64,000 bases of DNA. It comes from Dehalococcoidia bacterium (GTDB lineage: Bacteria > Chloroflexota > Dehalococcoidia > UBA6926). The stretch's first letter is position 1; each line of letters begins with the position of its first letter. The notes beneath the pieces were generated by a model, which ran no database searches, was not told where the DNA came from, and saw nothing but the letters and a program-made list of their open reading frames with translations. The translations under genes and the position numbers were made by a program. Location: NCBI GenBank assembly GCA_963666115.2, contig CAXXET010000004.1, positions 448,001 to 512,000 on the forward strand, read 5' to 3'. This document shows positions 10,936 through 21,159 of the stretch, piece after piece.

Positions 10936-12120
10936 TTGACCTTGATGACTGAGGCAGAGCTACAGCTAGAGTCGGGCGCGAGCCTGGCCCCGGAAATCAC
11001 GACCGACCGGTCGCAGGACTCGTACGGCCGGTTCATCATCGAGCCGCTATCCCAGGGTTTTGGGGTGACGCTTGGCAACGCCATCCGGCGCGTGCTGCTG
11101 AATTCGCTGCCCGGCGTGGCGATTACGGCGGTGCGGATCGAGGGCGCGCAGCATGAGTACTCCACCCTGCCGCACGTGCGCGAGGACATGGTGGACTTTC
11201 TGCTGAACGTGAAGGAAATCCGCATCCAGTCCATCACGGGACGCCCCGGCACACTGCGGCTTGACGTGAGCGGGCGGGCGGGAACGATCACGGCAGGCGA
11301 TATGCAGAAGCACGGCGATTACACGATCGTGAATCCCGATCTCGTGCTGCTGAATGCGGACAGCACGGACGCCCAACTGTCAATCGAGTTCACCGTCGAG
11401 CCGGGGACCGGCTTCAGGGCGGCGGAGACCTCCGTGGAGGACCCAATCGGCATCCTGCCCGTGGACGCCATCTTTACGCCCATTCGGCGCGCAAACTTCG
11501 AGGTTGAGGCGACGCGCGTCGGCCAGGTGACGGACTTCGACCGGCTGGTGCTGGAGGTGTGGACCGACGGCACGATCACGCCCGAGGACGCCGTCCGCAA
11601 GGCGACACAGATCATCATCGAGCAGCTGCAGCCGTTCACTGCCCTCGGGGAGCCGGATGAACTCGCCGGGGAGCAGGAGTCGGGCCTCAACGTTCCCCCT
11701 TCGTTGTCATCGATCAACGTCGAGGACCTGCGCCTCTCGACGCGAACGCAGAACAGCCTGCGCCGCGGCAACCTGGCAACAGTGGGACACGTGCTGGAGA
11801 AGTCCGCGCAGGAGCTTCTTGAGCTGCGCAACTTTGGCGAACAGTCTCTCAACGAACTGATCCAGCGGCTGCGCGATATGGGCCTGGCCATTCCCGGTGA
11901 CGATGAGGACCGCGCGTGGCGGCGGATACCGCTGGCGACGCTTGTTCCGAGCGCCGAGGGTGTCGCGGGCGCCGAATCCGAGCCGAGGGCCGATGGGGAC
12001 TCCGAGGAATCTGATGAGGGGGCGGTCTTTTCGATGCGCCCAGACGACGGTGTGTCCGAGGTGGACCTGACACACTACTCGCGCCGCTCATTCGCCCCGG
12101 ACGACGAGGACGAGGGATAG
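10936..12120 (+). CDS. rpoA: RNA polymerase alpha subunit, extended acidic C-terminus
   Basis: GFGVTLGNAIRRVLL, VDAIFTPI, LRNFGEQSL; GGAGG RBS upstream of TTG. Confidence 0.98.
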   Translation: MTLMTEAELQLESGASLAPEITTDRSQDSYGRFIIEPLSQGFGVTLGNAIRRVLLNSLPGVAITAVRIEGAQHEYSTLPHVREDMVDFLLNVKEIRIQSITGRPGTLRLDVSGRAGTITAGDMQKHGDYTIVNPDLVLLNADSTDAQLSIEFTVEPGTGFRAAETSVEDPIGILPVDAIFTPIRRANFEVEATRVGQVTDFDRLVLEVWTDGTITPEDAVRKATQIIIEQLQPFTALGEPDELAGEQESGLNVPPSLSSINVEDLRLSTRTQNSLRRGNLATVGHVLEKSAQELLELRNFGEQSLNELIQRLRDMGLAIPGDDEDRAWRRIPLATLVPSAEGVAGAESEPRADGDSEESDEGAVFSMRPDDGVSEVDLTHYSRRSFAPDDEDEG

Positions 12121-12132
12121 GATACCGCAGAC

Positions 12133-12483
12133 ATGAGACACCGAGTTTCAGGCCGCACGCTTGGCCGAAAGACGGCACCGCGGATGCTGATGTACCGCAA
12201 CCTGACGCGGGACCTGTTCCTGCGCGAGGCCATCGTGACGACCGAGGCCAAGGCCAAGGAGACGCGCAGCTTCGCGGAGCGCATGGTGACGCTTGGCAAG
12301 GACGGCGGACTCCCCGCGCGTCGGCGCGCGCTCAAGTTCATCCCGGACAAGGACGTTGTGGACAAGGTCTTCCGGGTATACGGGGAGCGGTACCAGGACC
12401 GTCCCGGCGGGTTCACGCGAATCACGAAGATCGGGCCGCGACAGGGCGACGCCGCGCCGATGGCGCGGCTGGAGCTCGTCTAG
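12133..12483 (+). CDS. rplQ: 50S ribosomal protein L17
   Basis: MRHR, TTEAKAKE, RPGGFTRI, GDAAPMA. Confidence 0.98.
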   Translation: MRHRVSGRTLGRKTAPRMLMYRNLTRDLFLREAIVTTEAKAKETRSFAERMVTLGKDGGLPARRRALKFIPDKDVVDKVFRVYGERYQDRPGGFTRITKIGPRQGDAAPMARLELV

Positions 12484-12494
12484 GACATCGAACG

Positions 12495-13313
12495 ATGCAG
12501 ACTGCCGCCCTCAGCACACCTGACACCGGCGCAGGCCACGCGCCTGCCGCGGCGGATCGTCTCGTCGTGCTCACCGTGGAATACGCGGGGGCGCGCTACC
12601 AAGGGATGCAGCTACAGAAGCCGGGCGTGCCGACGGTCCAGGGCGAGATCGAGGACGCGCTCTTCAAGCTGACGGGGCAGCGCTACCGGATTGCCGCCGC
12701 AGGACGCACCGATTCAGGGGCGAGCGCGCGCGGGCAGGTGATCAGCTTTCGACTGGAGACCGAACTGCCTCTCGATCGCTATGTGACAGGACTGAACCAC
12801 TATCTGCCGAATGACATCAGCGTAACCGGGGCGCAGCGGGCGCCCGGCAACTTTGACGTCACGCGGGACGCCCGCTCTCGCCACTACCGCTACACCATCA
12901 TCAACCGCCCGTCGCCGTCCGCGCTTCTTCGACAGCAGGCGGCGCACGTCAAGGACCCTCTCGATGAGGCTGCGATGGCGGAGGCGATACGAGCATTGGA
13001 CGGCTGGCTGGACGCCCGCCCGTTCACGGGCCCGCTGCCTGCGGATCGCAACCCGCTGCGCCGCTACGACTACGCAGCCGTGGCGCGTGACGGCGATATC
13101 GTGACGATTGACCTGCGCGGGAGCGGTTTCCTGCCCCACCAGGTGCGGCGGGTCGCGGGCGCTCTCGCGCGGGTGGGCGCAGGTCAGATGAGCGCGGACG
13201 AGTTTCACCGGCTTGCGCGTGAGGGCGCGCCGGGGGAGGCGACGTGGACAATGCCCGCCGCCGGTCTTTGCCTGATGGGCGTCACCTATGACGACGGAAT
13301 CCTGGACGACTGA
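12495..13313 (+). CDS. truA: tRNA pseudouridine(38-40) synthase
   Basis: AGRTDSG catalytic motif, FLPHQVR, PAAGLCL. Confidence 0.95.
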   Translation: MQTAALSTPDTGAGHAPAAADRLVVLTVEYAGARYQGMQLQKPGVPTVQGEIEDALFKLTGQRYRIAAAGRTDSGASARGQVISFRLETELPLDRYVTGLNHYLPNDISVTGAQRAPGNFDVTRDARSRHYRYTIINRPSPSALLRQQAAHVKDPLDEAAMAEAIRALDGWLDARPFTGPLPADRNPLRRYDYAAVARDGDIVTIDLRGSGFLPHQVRRVAGALARVGAGQMSADEFHRLAREGAPGEATWTMPAAGLCLMGVTYDDGILDD

Positions 13314-13323
13314 GGCAATCTCC

Positions 13324-14100
13324 ATGGCGCGTATACGCACATACAGCCCCAAGAAGAGCGAAATCGAGCGCGGGTGGCACGTCATCGACGCGGACGGCGA
13401 GACGCTCGGACGCCTGGCGACGCGCATCGCGTCCGTCCTGCGCGGCAAGGACAAGCCGACGTATACGACGCACATGTCAGTCGGCGACAACGTGATTGTG
13501 ATCAACGCGGAGAAGGTGCGCGTGACGGGGCAGAAAGAGAACCTGAAGACGTACTATCGCCACACGCAGTACCCGGGCGGGCTGCGCGCGGTGACGCTGT
13601 CCACGCTGCGGGAGAAGCACCCGGAGCGCATCATCCAGAACGCGGTGAAGGGGATGCTGCCGCACAACCGGCTTGGTCGGCAGAATCTGCGCCGCCTGCA
13701 CGTCTACGCGGGGCCTGAGCATCCGCACGAGGCGCAGGTGCGCGCGGGCATGGGCGCTGCGGGCCGACGCAAGCAGGCCGAGCTGGAGGCGCAGGCTGCC
13801 GCGCCCGCGCCGGAGGCCGCTCCCGAGGAGGCTGCGCCGGTGGTGCCGCCGACACGGCGACGGCGTCGGCGGGCCGCTGAGCAGGAATCACAGGAAACAG
13901 CGCCGCCGGAGGCAGAGGCCACCGAGACGCCGACTGCTGAGGAGTCCGTGGCAGAGAACGAGGACGCCGTCGCGGAGAATGATCAGGCGCCCGAAACCGA
14001 CGAGACAGTAGAGACGGCCGATTCAGCAGATGAGACGGCAGATGACACCGAAGAGGACAAGGAACAGGAAGAGACCAAGGAAGACTCCCAGGGAGGATAG
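13324..14100 (+). CDS. rplM: 50S ribosomal protein L13 with long acidic C-terminal extension
   Basis: WHVIDA, LGRLAT, KGMLPHNRLG, HPHEAQ; ATG 13324. Confidence 0.96.
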   Translation: MARIRTYSPKKSEIERGWHVIDADGETLGRLATRIASVLRGKDKPTYTTHMSVGDNVIVINAEKVRVTGQKENLKTYYRHTQYPGGLRAVTLSTLREKHPERIIQNAVKGMLPHNRLGRQNLRRLHVYAGPEHPHEAQVRAGMGAAGRRKQAELEAQAAAPAPEAAPEEAAPVVPPTRRRRRRAAEQESQETAPPEAEATETPTAEESVAENEDAVAENDQAPETDETVETADSADETADDTEEDKEQEETKEDSQGG

Positions 14101-14109
14101 CGGAGAGGC

Positions 14110-14511
14110 ATGACGACAGCAGGTCGATTTTTCCAGGGGACGGGGCGGCGCAAGCGCGCGGTGGCGCGTGTGCGCGTGACGCCGGGGGGCGAGTCCATGT
14201 TTGTGGTGGACGGCAAACCGCTCGAGGAGCGATTCCCGCTGGAAATCCATCGCCGCTCGATCTTGCAGCCGCTGGTCGCGACGGACTCGCTGCGCCGGTT
14301 CGCGATTTCAGTGAAGGTCACGGGGGGCGGGGTAACGGGGCAGGCTGAGGCGATCCGTCACGGCCTGGCGCGGGCGCTTTCGCGCCTCGATGAGTCGATG
14401 CGGCCGGTGCTCAAGAAAGTCCGCTTTCTCACGCGGGACGCGCGTGAGAAGGAGCGGAAGAAGTACGGCCTGTTCCGGGCGCGGAAGAAGCAGCAGTATT
14501 CGAAGCGGTAG
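14110..14511 (+). CDS. rpsI: 30S ribosomal protein S9
   Basis: GTGRRKRAVARV, GGGVTGQAEAIRHG, ERKKYG, QYSKR. Confidence 0.98.
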   Translation: MTTAGRFFQGTGRRKRAVARVRVTPGGESMFVVDGKPLEERFPLEIHRRSILQPLVATDSLRRFAISVKVTGGGVTGQAEAIRHGLARALSRLDESMRPVLKKVRFLTRDAREKERKKYGLFRARKKQQYSKR

Positions 14512-14607
14512 ATTCCCGCTTTCGCGGGAATGACGGAGTTGGGACGGGAATGACGGAGTGGGGGCCGGGTTAAGGCCTTTGGATTCTTCGCTGCGCTCAG
14601 AATGACA
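14511..14607. repeat. Cluster of REP-like palindromes (type A GATTCCCGCTTTCGCGGGAATGACGG, a partial copy, and type B) between convergent genes
   Basis: Type A copies also at 39916, 42263, 58946; type B also at 3539. Confidence 0.75.
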
Positions 14608-14643
14608 TTGGCGGGTATTGGCAGGCGCGGCGGGTGGGGGTGG

Positions 14644-16094
14644 CTAGATTCCGGTTAGGGCGCGGCCTGCGCCTATGAGGCGTTGGACGCGCTCCATGGA
14701 GCGGGCCTCGGCGTAGATTCTCAGCAGCGGCTCCCGTGCCGGGAGAAGCGGATCAGGAGCCATGAGCCGTCCTCCAAGCATGAACCGGTAGCCGTCGCTC
14801 GTTGAGATGTCCGTGACGGCCACGCCGGCAAGCTCTGCCGGTTGACTCTCCGACACCCTGCCCATGACGTCGGCGCGGAGAGCCGCCGGGAACTCAAGGT
14901 CAAGGCGGTCATACTGGTGCGGCCCGACGGTTTCATAGAGCCAGTCAATCAGACTCGACAGGGAGCGCCCTGTCTGCGCCATCGCGTCGAGGACGTAGAG
15001 CGAGGAAAGCACGCCGTCGCGCTCCGGAACGTGCCCCCGGAAACCAAATCCGCCGCTCTCCTCGCCGCCAATCAGCGCTGTCCGTCTCCATCATGCGCGG
15101 CCCGACGTACTTGAAGCCGACCGGCTCTTCATACACCGGCACATCGTATCTCTCACCGAGGATGTCAATCATGCGCGAACTGGTGATGGACTTCACCAGC
15201 GGGCCGCGCTCGCCGCGGATCTCCAGCAGGTAGAAAGGCGAGCAATGCAAAGAATTGCAGCGGGGTCAGGAAACGGCCTCGCTCGTCCACGCCGCCAACA
15301 CGGTCCGCATCGCCGTCAGTCGCCAGGCCAACCGTGTATCCGTACCGAACGACGGCCTCACGCAAGTCGCCGAGGTTGTGAGAAATAGGCTCCGGCTGTC
15401 TCATGCCGGGGAAGGCGGGGTTGGTGCTCGCTGTGGATCTCCATCAACTCCGTTTGCGCCGCCACTGAGCATGTCCGCCACATAGCCGATGCCCGCGCCG
15501 TACATGGGGTCGATGACGACACGCAGACCGGCGGCCTTGATGCGCTCCACATCCACCAGCGAGTGAAGCCGGTCCATGTACAGGGGGCGGGGATCGATCA
15601 TGGTGACGATGCCATCGCGCCGCGCGTCATCGAGAGGCATCACGGCAGGCGGCCCGCCTGCCTCAACCGCGTGAATCTCACGCTCAACGGCAGCGATAAT
15701 CTCCGGCGACGCGGAGCCGCCATATTCGGGCTTGTACTTGAAGCCGTTCCATTCAGGAGGGTTGTGGCTGGCGGGTGACGATGACCGCGCCGGCGGCCTT
15801 GTGGGCAATGACGTTGTAGCTGACGGTGGGCGTGGGGGCCCACGTGTGGCTCAGGTAGGACGGCACGCCCTCGGCGGCCAGCCCCTCCGCGACGGCGGCG
15901 GCAAAGCGTTCCGAGCCGAATCGCGTGTCATAGCCGACGACGACACCCTGTTCCGCCGTGCCCCGCCCTTTCAGATACTGCGCGACGCCTTTCGCGCAAT
16001 AGCGGACGTTTTCAAACGTGAACTCCTCCGCGATGACCGCCCGCCAGCCGTCGGTTCCAAAGGCGATCTGCGATTGAGTTGTCGTAATGGTCAC
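14644..16094 (-). pseudogene. Phosphoglucomutase/phosphomannomutase family gene with multiple frameshifts (probably sequencing indels)
   Basis: Motifs spread over several frames: IAFGTDGWR, GYDTR, ASHNPPEWNGFK, ATDGDADR, PVGFKY, EPLLRIYAEA; GTG start overlaps upstream TGA. Confidence 0.85.
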
Positions 16095-17234
16095 GATTCT
16101 GCGGCCTCCATTCCGTGGATGGGAAAAATGAGTTCTCGCACGCGCTTGACGGACTCTTCCGCCTCCCGCCACACACGCGCCTCGTCTGCCTCGAGAAGAT
16201 CGGGGGCGGGGGCGTCCCGCAGCTGCTTGAGTCCGTACGCCTCCTGGTACGAGTCCGGGTATGTCATCAGGCAATTCCACGCCCGCCATGACAGCATAGT
16301 CCATCGCCCAGCAGCGCGCGACGGCGGAGAGATCATACCCGCCGCCACCCATGGCCAGCCATTTGCCGGGGGAGAGCGCACCCAAAGCCGCGACGGCTGA
16401 CGTATGGCCTGCAGAGGTGAGGCGCAGGTGAGTGAGCGGGGTCGTCCACGTGCGTATCAATGCCCTGCTGCGTGACTAGGATGTCGGGTTGGAAGGCGCG
16501 GATGAGCGGCGCGACGGCGTTTTCGATGACATGCGCGTACGCCTCATTGTGCGTGCCGGGCGCGAGCGGAAGATTGACGGCGTAGCCGATGCCCGCCTCT
16601 TCACCCATCTCGGTTGTGTGTCCTGTGCCAGGGAAGATAGTGTCCCCCGACTGGTGGATGGAGACGGTCAGCACACGGTTGCTGGCGTAAAAGGCGTTCT
16701 GCACGCCGTCGCCATGGTGGGCGTCGATGTCAATGTAGGCGACGCGCTTCGCGCCAAGCGCAAGCAGGCGCAGGATGGCAATAACGGCGTCATTGAAGAC
16801 GCAGAACCCGGAGGCGAAATCCGGGGCCGGCGTGGTGGTAGCCGCCGCCCGCGTTGAAGACGACATCGGCCTGGCCGTTCCACACCGTTTCCGCCGCCAC
16901 GAGGGATGCGCCGGCGGCGAGCGCCGCGGCTTGGTACATGCCCTCCGAGATGGGGTTGTCGCCCCAATCACTGAAGCCATAGCGGTGCTGGCGATGGAGG
17001 TCCTCGCCGCGGCTGAACGCCTGCACGGATTCCACGTAGTCGCGGCCATGGAACGTCATCAGCTCCTGCTCGGTGGCAAGGCGCGGCTCGATCACGACTG
17101 CGCCAGGCTTCTCAAAGACGCCGTACGCCTGTAGAAGCTCATAGACGAGGCGCAGGCGCATGGGGGCGCAGCACGTGATCTTCGCGAAGAATGTTCCGCG
17201 TGAGTTCCGGGCTGTACATGAATCCTGCCGTCAT
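16091..17234 (-). pseudogene. acuC: Acetoin utilization AcuC / histone-deacetylase family gene with at least 4 frameshifts
   Basis: GGYHHA, ASGFCVFND, DIDAHHGDG, GGGGY motifs distributed over five ORF pieces. Confidence 0.82.
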
Positions 17235-17293
17235 CGAAAATACCGCGTTTCCCCTGCTTTCCCCTGTCGCTATGGTACAGGGCGGCGGACGGG

Positions 17294-18068
17294 TTAGACA
17301 GTCATTGTCATGTCCGCCATGCCGAGCGCGATATTCCAACCGGTCTCGGCGCGGACAGCTTCTATTTCATGGGCGATCTGTTGGTCATGGGCCGGGTTGC
17401 GGTGAACGACGAGGACGCGGGGTGTCCAGCCGGATTCCGCAACGATGCGCTCGATTTCGCCGCACAGGAGCGCGGGAGTCATGTGGCCGTTGCGCTCAGC
17501 GTCTGCCGCGCCGGCGTTCGAGTACGTAACCTCTGAAATGAGGATGTCCGGCGGGGATTCTGCGAGGGGCGCGGAGAAGCCCGGCGCGGTATCGCCGGTG
17601 TAGTAGAGGCTTCTTGCGCCGTTGGAGACGACAAAGCCGACGGCGGGCGCGGTGTGATTGGCAGGCAACGGCGTCACGGAAAGACCGGCAACCGCAACCG
17701 AACGGCCGGGCTCCAGCGGATGGAATTGGGCGCGGGGCTTGCCGTCCTCGCCCGTTCGCGTCTGGTAGGCGGAATAGATGACGTTGTTCATCAGGTGAGT
17801 TGAGAGGGCATCCAGCGTTGTCCGGGATGCCATAGACGTGCAGCGTGCCTGCTGACGGGGTCGCGTACGCCAGCGCGGGAAGATCGCGAATGTGATCGTA
17901 GTGGCGGTGCGTGAGGAAGACATGGCGGAGGGCTCGCAGTTCCTCACGGGGGAGGGATCGCGTTCAGGCTTCCCGGCAATCCAGGGCAAGGCGACCATCA
18001 ATGACGACGCCCGCAAGCCTCGTTGCGGACGATTCCGCGTTATGGACGCCGGTCAAGTGGACAATCAT
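17294..18068 (-). pseudogene. Metallo-beta-lactamase-fold hydrolase (class II cAMP phosphodiesterase-like), frameshifted
   Basis: ATG 18068 MIVHLTGVHNAES..LALD; THRHYDH metal motif in a different frame from NHTAPAVG, YTGDT, GHMTP. Confidence 0.78.
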
Positions 18069-18127
18069 GCGCCAATCAAATTATGACCCCGGCCCAATCG
18101 AGGACTGTCACCGGGCAGGACACGGGG

Positions 18128-19360
18128 TCAAGTCGTCGTGAGGATCAAATCAATGGTCACCAGTGGGTTGGAGAGATCGGAGACGTAGACATTCTTCTCC
18201 GGATCATCAATCGAGATTTCGAAGCAGTTGACGTAGAATCTCACTTCCTGTCCCACGTACCCTGTCTCTTCAGGCGGCTGCACGGTCATGAACGGGAGCA
18301 CGCCGGGTTCAACGACTCTCTTGATCCCTGTGATGTAGCCCGCAATCCTTGCCTGAACCCTGGTGCCGACGGGCGCCGGCTGGCCATTGACGATGACAGC
18401 GCCCTGGTAAATCCGCGGGAAGGGGTGGAGCGGATTGACACCCTTGGGGAGCGGATTATGGGCGCCGAAGCAGGACGCGCCCTGCTTGAGGTCTTCCACG
18501 TTGGACATGATCGATCGAATGGAAACGCCCAGGCCGGAGCCGGCGGCGCTGGGCCCAAGCACGTCCACGGTCCTTGCCGAGATGATGCCGACAACGTCCG
18601 CGTTCAGGTTGAAGAGGGGCGCTCCGCTAAAGCCTTCCGCAAATACCCTGTCGAGCCGGAAGAACACGGTTGCGTCCACTTCGTGCCGGGACTGAATCCT
18701 GCCAGCCACCCCAATGGGCGCCTGTCCGGCGGCCCCGCCCTGGTACCCAATGCCGACAACGCTCTCACCGGAGGGGACATATGCCTCCCCCACCAGGTTG
18801 AGCGGCGGAATGTCGGTATCGACGGTGAGCCGCAGAATGGCCACGTCTTTAAGTTCGTCCCGGCCGACAAGAGCGGCGGGAACCGAACCGGTCGTCGCAT
18901 GCGTCACGTAGATTAGCGAGGCATCCAACGGAATGAGCTCAGAACTGGTGACGATGTACCCCTCGTCATCGAGAACGAATCCCGTTCCCTGCAAGTTGCC
19001 GACGTTGACGCGAACAGTCGAACCCTGGACCTCTGCGACCACTTCTTCCGGCGTCCGAATCGGCCGTGGAGTGGCCGTTGCAGTCGGCCGGGGCGTCGCC
19101 GTGGGCAGAGGGGGGCGCGGCGTCGCGGTTGGGGTCGGCGTGATGGTTGGCGTCGGTGTAACGGTCGCGGTGTGGGTTGGGAGGGGAGTATACGTCGGGA
19201 TGGGCGTTGCCGTAGCGACGGGCGCCGGCTCCCCGTCACAGGCGCCGCTTAGCCCGATGGCAAGCGCGATGCCCACCGCAATGATGACGCCGAGCGGCAC
19301 ACGTCTCAGCAATCCACGTACTCCTCTATGCCCCACATGCTGACAGCTATACTTTTGCAA
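18128..19360 (-). CDS. Lipoprotein with PT-rich linker and trypsin-like (S1C) protease domain
   Basis: LSGAC lipobox, (PT)n linker, GTGFVL, DVAIL, GFSGAPL; start may be slightly downstream. Confidence 0.8.
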   Translation of the reverse strand: MQKYSCQHVGHRGVRGLLRRVPLGVIIAVGIALAIGLSGACDGEPAPVATATPIPTYTPLPTHTATVTPTPTITPTPTATPRPPLPTATPRPTATATPRPIRTPEEVVAEVQGSTVRVNVGNLQGTGFVLDDEGYIVTSSELIPLDASLIYVTHATTGSVPAALVGRDELKDVAILRLTVDTDIPPLNLVGEAYVPSGESVVGIGYQGGAAGQAPIGVAGRIQSRHEVDATVFFRLDRVFAEGFSGAPLFNLNADVVGIISARTVDVLGPSAAGSGLGVSIRSIMSNVEDLKQGASCFGAHNPLPKGVNPLHPFPRIYQGAVIVNGQPAPVGTRVQARIAGYITGIKRVVEPGVLPFMTVQPPEETGYVGQEVRFYVNCFEISIDDPEKNVYVSDLSNPLVTIDLILTTT

Positions 19361-20298
19361 TGGTCGAAACAGGCAACCGCTCCACCCAGCCTCCCCGCGT
19401 TGCTACCCATTCTACCGTACTTGTGACGGGCGGGACGGGAGTGATGGGAACGATCGTGGCAAATCGTCTCCTTGCGGACGGGCACGCCGTTCGCGCGTAC
19501 TCGCGCCGGGCAACGCAGGCGGGCGTCTCGCCAGGGATTGAGCCGTTCGACGGCGATATTCGCGATACCAATGCGCTGGCGCCGGCGCTCACGGGTGCGG
19601 ATGCCGTGGTCCACCTTGCGGGCATCCTGCGCGAGACCGGACGCGCGCAGACTTTTGGCGGGGTTTTCCTGGAGGGGACGCGGGCCGTCATCGAGGCGGC
19701 TCGCCAAGCGGGTATCCGGCGGTTCATCCACGTGACGGGAATGGGCGCGAACCCGGACTCCGCCGATGCCTTTGAGCGAACGCGGGGGTTGGCCGAACGT
19801 GAAACGCGGGAGTCAGGCCTTGACTGGGTTATTTTGCGGCCATCGGTGATTTTCGGCGTGCGCGGCAGCATGTTCGACCGCATGGAACGGAGTTTGAGGG
19901 TAACATGGCCATTCGCATTCGTGCCGCGACGGGACGGGTTGTACCAGCCCGTGTGGCGCGATGATGCCGCGCTGTGCGTCGCCGCCGCGCTGCGAGACGA
20001 CAGTCTGCTGGGCGGCACGTACGAACTCGGCGGGCCGGACACGTGGGCGTACAGGGACCTGGTCCGGCTGGCGCTGCGCCAACTCCGGCTCAGGCGAATC
20101 GTGCTGCCCCTCCCGTCCTTCCTGTTGCTGGCCGGGGCAGCCTTGCCGCGGGTGGCAGGAAGGAGAGCGCTGGTCACTGCGTCCGAGCTGCGGCAGCTCA
20201 CGCGGGATAACCGGACCGACCCCTCCGTGATGAGCGCGGCATTCGGCATCGAGCCGGTGGGACTGTTGGAGAAAGCGGATGAAGTATTTGCCCTCTAA
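19360..20298 (+). CDS. NAD-dependent epimerase / NDUFA9-like SDR
   Basis: VTGGTGVMG Rossmann motif, VVHLAGI, ILRPSVIFG, YELGGP. Confidence 0.88.
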   Translation: MVETGNRSTQPPRVATHSTVLVTGGTGVMGTIVANRLLADGHAVRAYSRRATQAGVSPGIEPFDGDIRDTNALAPALTGADAVVHLAGILRETGRAQTFGGVFLEGTRAVIEAARQAGIRRFIHVTGMGANPDSADAFERTRGLAERETRESGLDWVILRPSVIFGVRGSMFDRMERSLRVTWPFAFVPRRDGLYQPVWRDDAALCVAAALRDDSLLGGTYELGGPDTWAYRDLVRLALRQLRLRRIVLPLPSFLLLAGAALPRVAGRRALVTASELRQLTRDNRTDPSVMSAAFGIEPVGLLEKADEVFAL

Positions 20299-20459
20299 TG
20301 AGCCCCTAGCGGGCATGTCATAGAATAGAGCGGGTTGGGAGTGGATGCCGCCACCGGGCGGCAGCGCCTCACCAAGCAAGCGCAAGGGGAAAGTTGATAG
20401 TGGCCACGCGTTGGACAGGGCAATCGCCCGTGACACGGCGCGCTCCGGACGCGCCGCAG

Positions 20460-21143
20460 ATGGATCCGAATCGCGTTGCGCCGGCACGCACCGCAGGCCG
20501 GCGGCGCGGACGCGCCGGCGTGCGCCGCCCGGATGAGCATGAGCATTTGCGCGACCGCCTGAGCAGGTTCAGCCCGACACAGTTCCGGCTGACGATGCAG
20601 ATGAAGCTCGCCCTGAGCGGCCTGTTTTTCGGCACGTTTCTTGTCGCGGGCGGCCTATTCGTCGCATACCTGAACGCAGACGAGGCGCGCGTTGAGCAAT
20701 TCGGCTTGATCGGCGCTTTCGTGATCAGCCTGACATCAAGCGCGACGGTCGTTCTGCCCGCGCCCGGCATCCTGATCATCCTGAGCATGGCGGAGATCAT
20801 CGATCCGTGGCGGCTGGGGATTGTTACCGGCATCGGCGGGGGGCTTGGCGGCGGCACGGCGTACCTGGCCGGGGCGCTTGGCCGCAACGCGATGGGGGAA
20901 TCAAGCAGGATCAAGCAGCGCATGACGGACCTCTTCAACAGCAAGTGGGGACCGGTTCTTCTCTTCCTCGGCAACCTGATACCCTTTGCGCCCGGGGACG
21001 CAATCAGCGCCATCGCGGGCATCTCGCGCTTCCCGTTGATTGCCTTTTTCATCTACGTCATCATTGCCTCAATCATCAAGATGATTGCGCTGTCATGGCT
21101 TGGGCGCATTGCGCCGGACATCGCAGGGACTTTCCTGGGCTAA
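20460..21143 (+). CDS. VTT/DedA-like membrane protein
   Basis: SSATVVLPAPG, TAYLAG, PFAPGD..AG motifs; several TM segments; start uncertain. Confidence 0.7.
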   Translation: MDPNRVAPARTAGRRRGRAGVRRPDEHEHLRDRLSRFSPTQFRLTMQMKLALSGLFFGTFLVAGGLFVAYLNADEARVEQFGLIGAFVISLTSSATVVLPAPGILIILSMAEIIDPWRLGIVTGIGGGLGGGTAYLAGALGRNAMGESSRIKQRMTDLFNSKWGPVLLFLGNLIPFAPGDAISAIAGISRFPLIAFFIYVIIASIIKMIALSWLGRIAPDIAGTFLG

Positions 21144-21159
21144 AGAGGAGCGTCATTCC

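Noticed and set aside
1-14511. Fusion of the S10-spc-alpha clusters with truA-rplM-rpsI as a novelty
   Set aside because: Common arrangement in many bacterial phyla
17964-17966. In-frame TGA in the MBL-fold gene as a second selenocysteine candidate
   Set aside because: It arises from three compensating single-base insertions; removing them restores DAGSLTRSL, and the region is full of indels
14644-18068. Programmed frameshifting or phase variation in three genes
   Set aside because: Too many shifts per gene, and no slippery heptamers or long simple-sequence tracts were seen; sequencing error is more parsimonious
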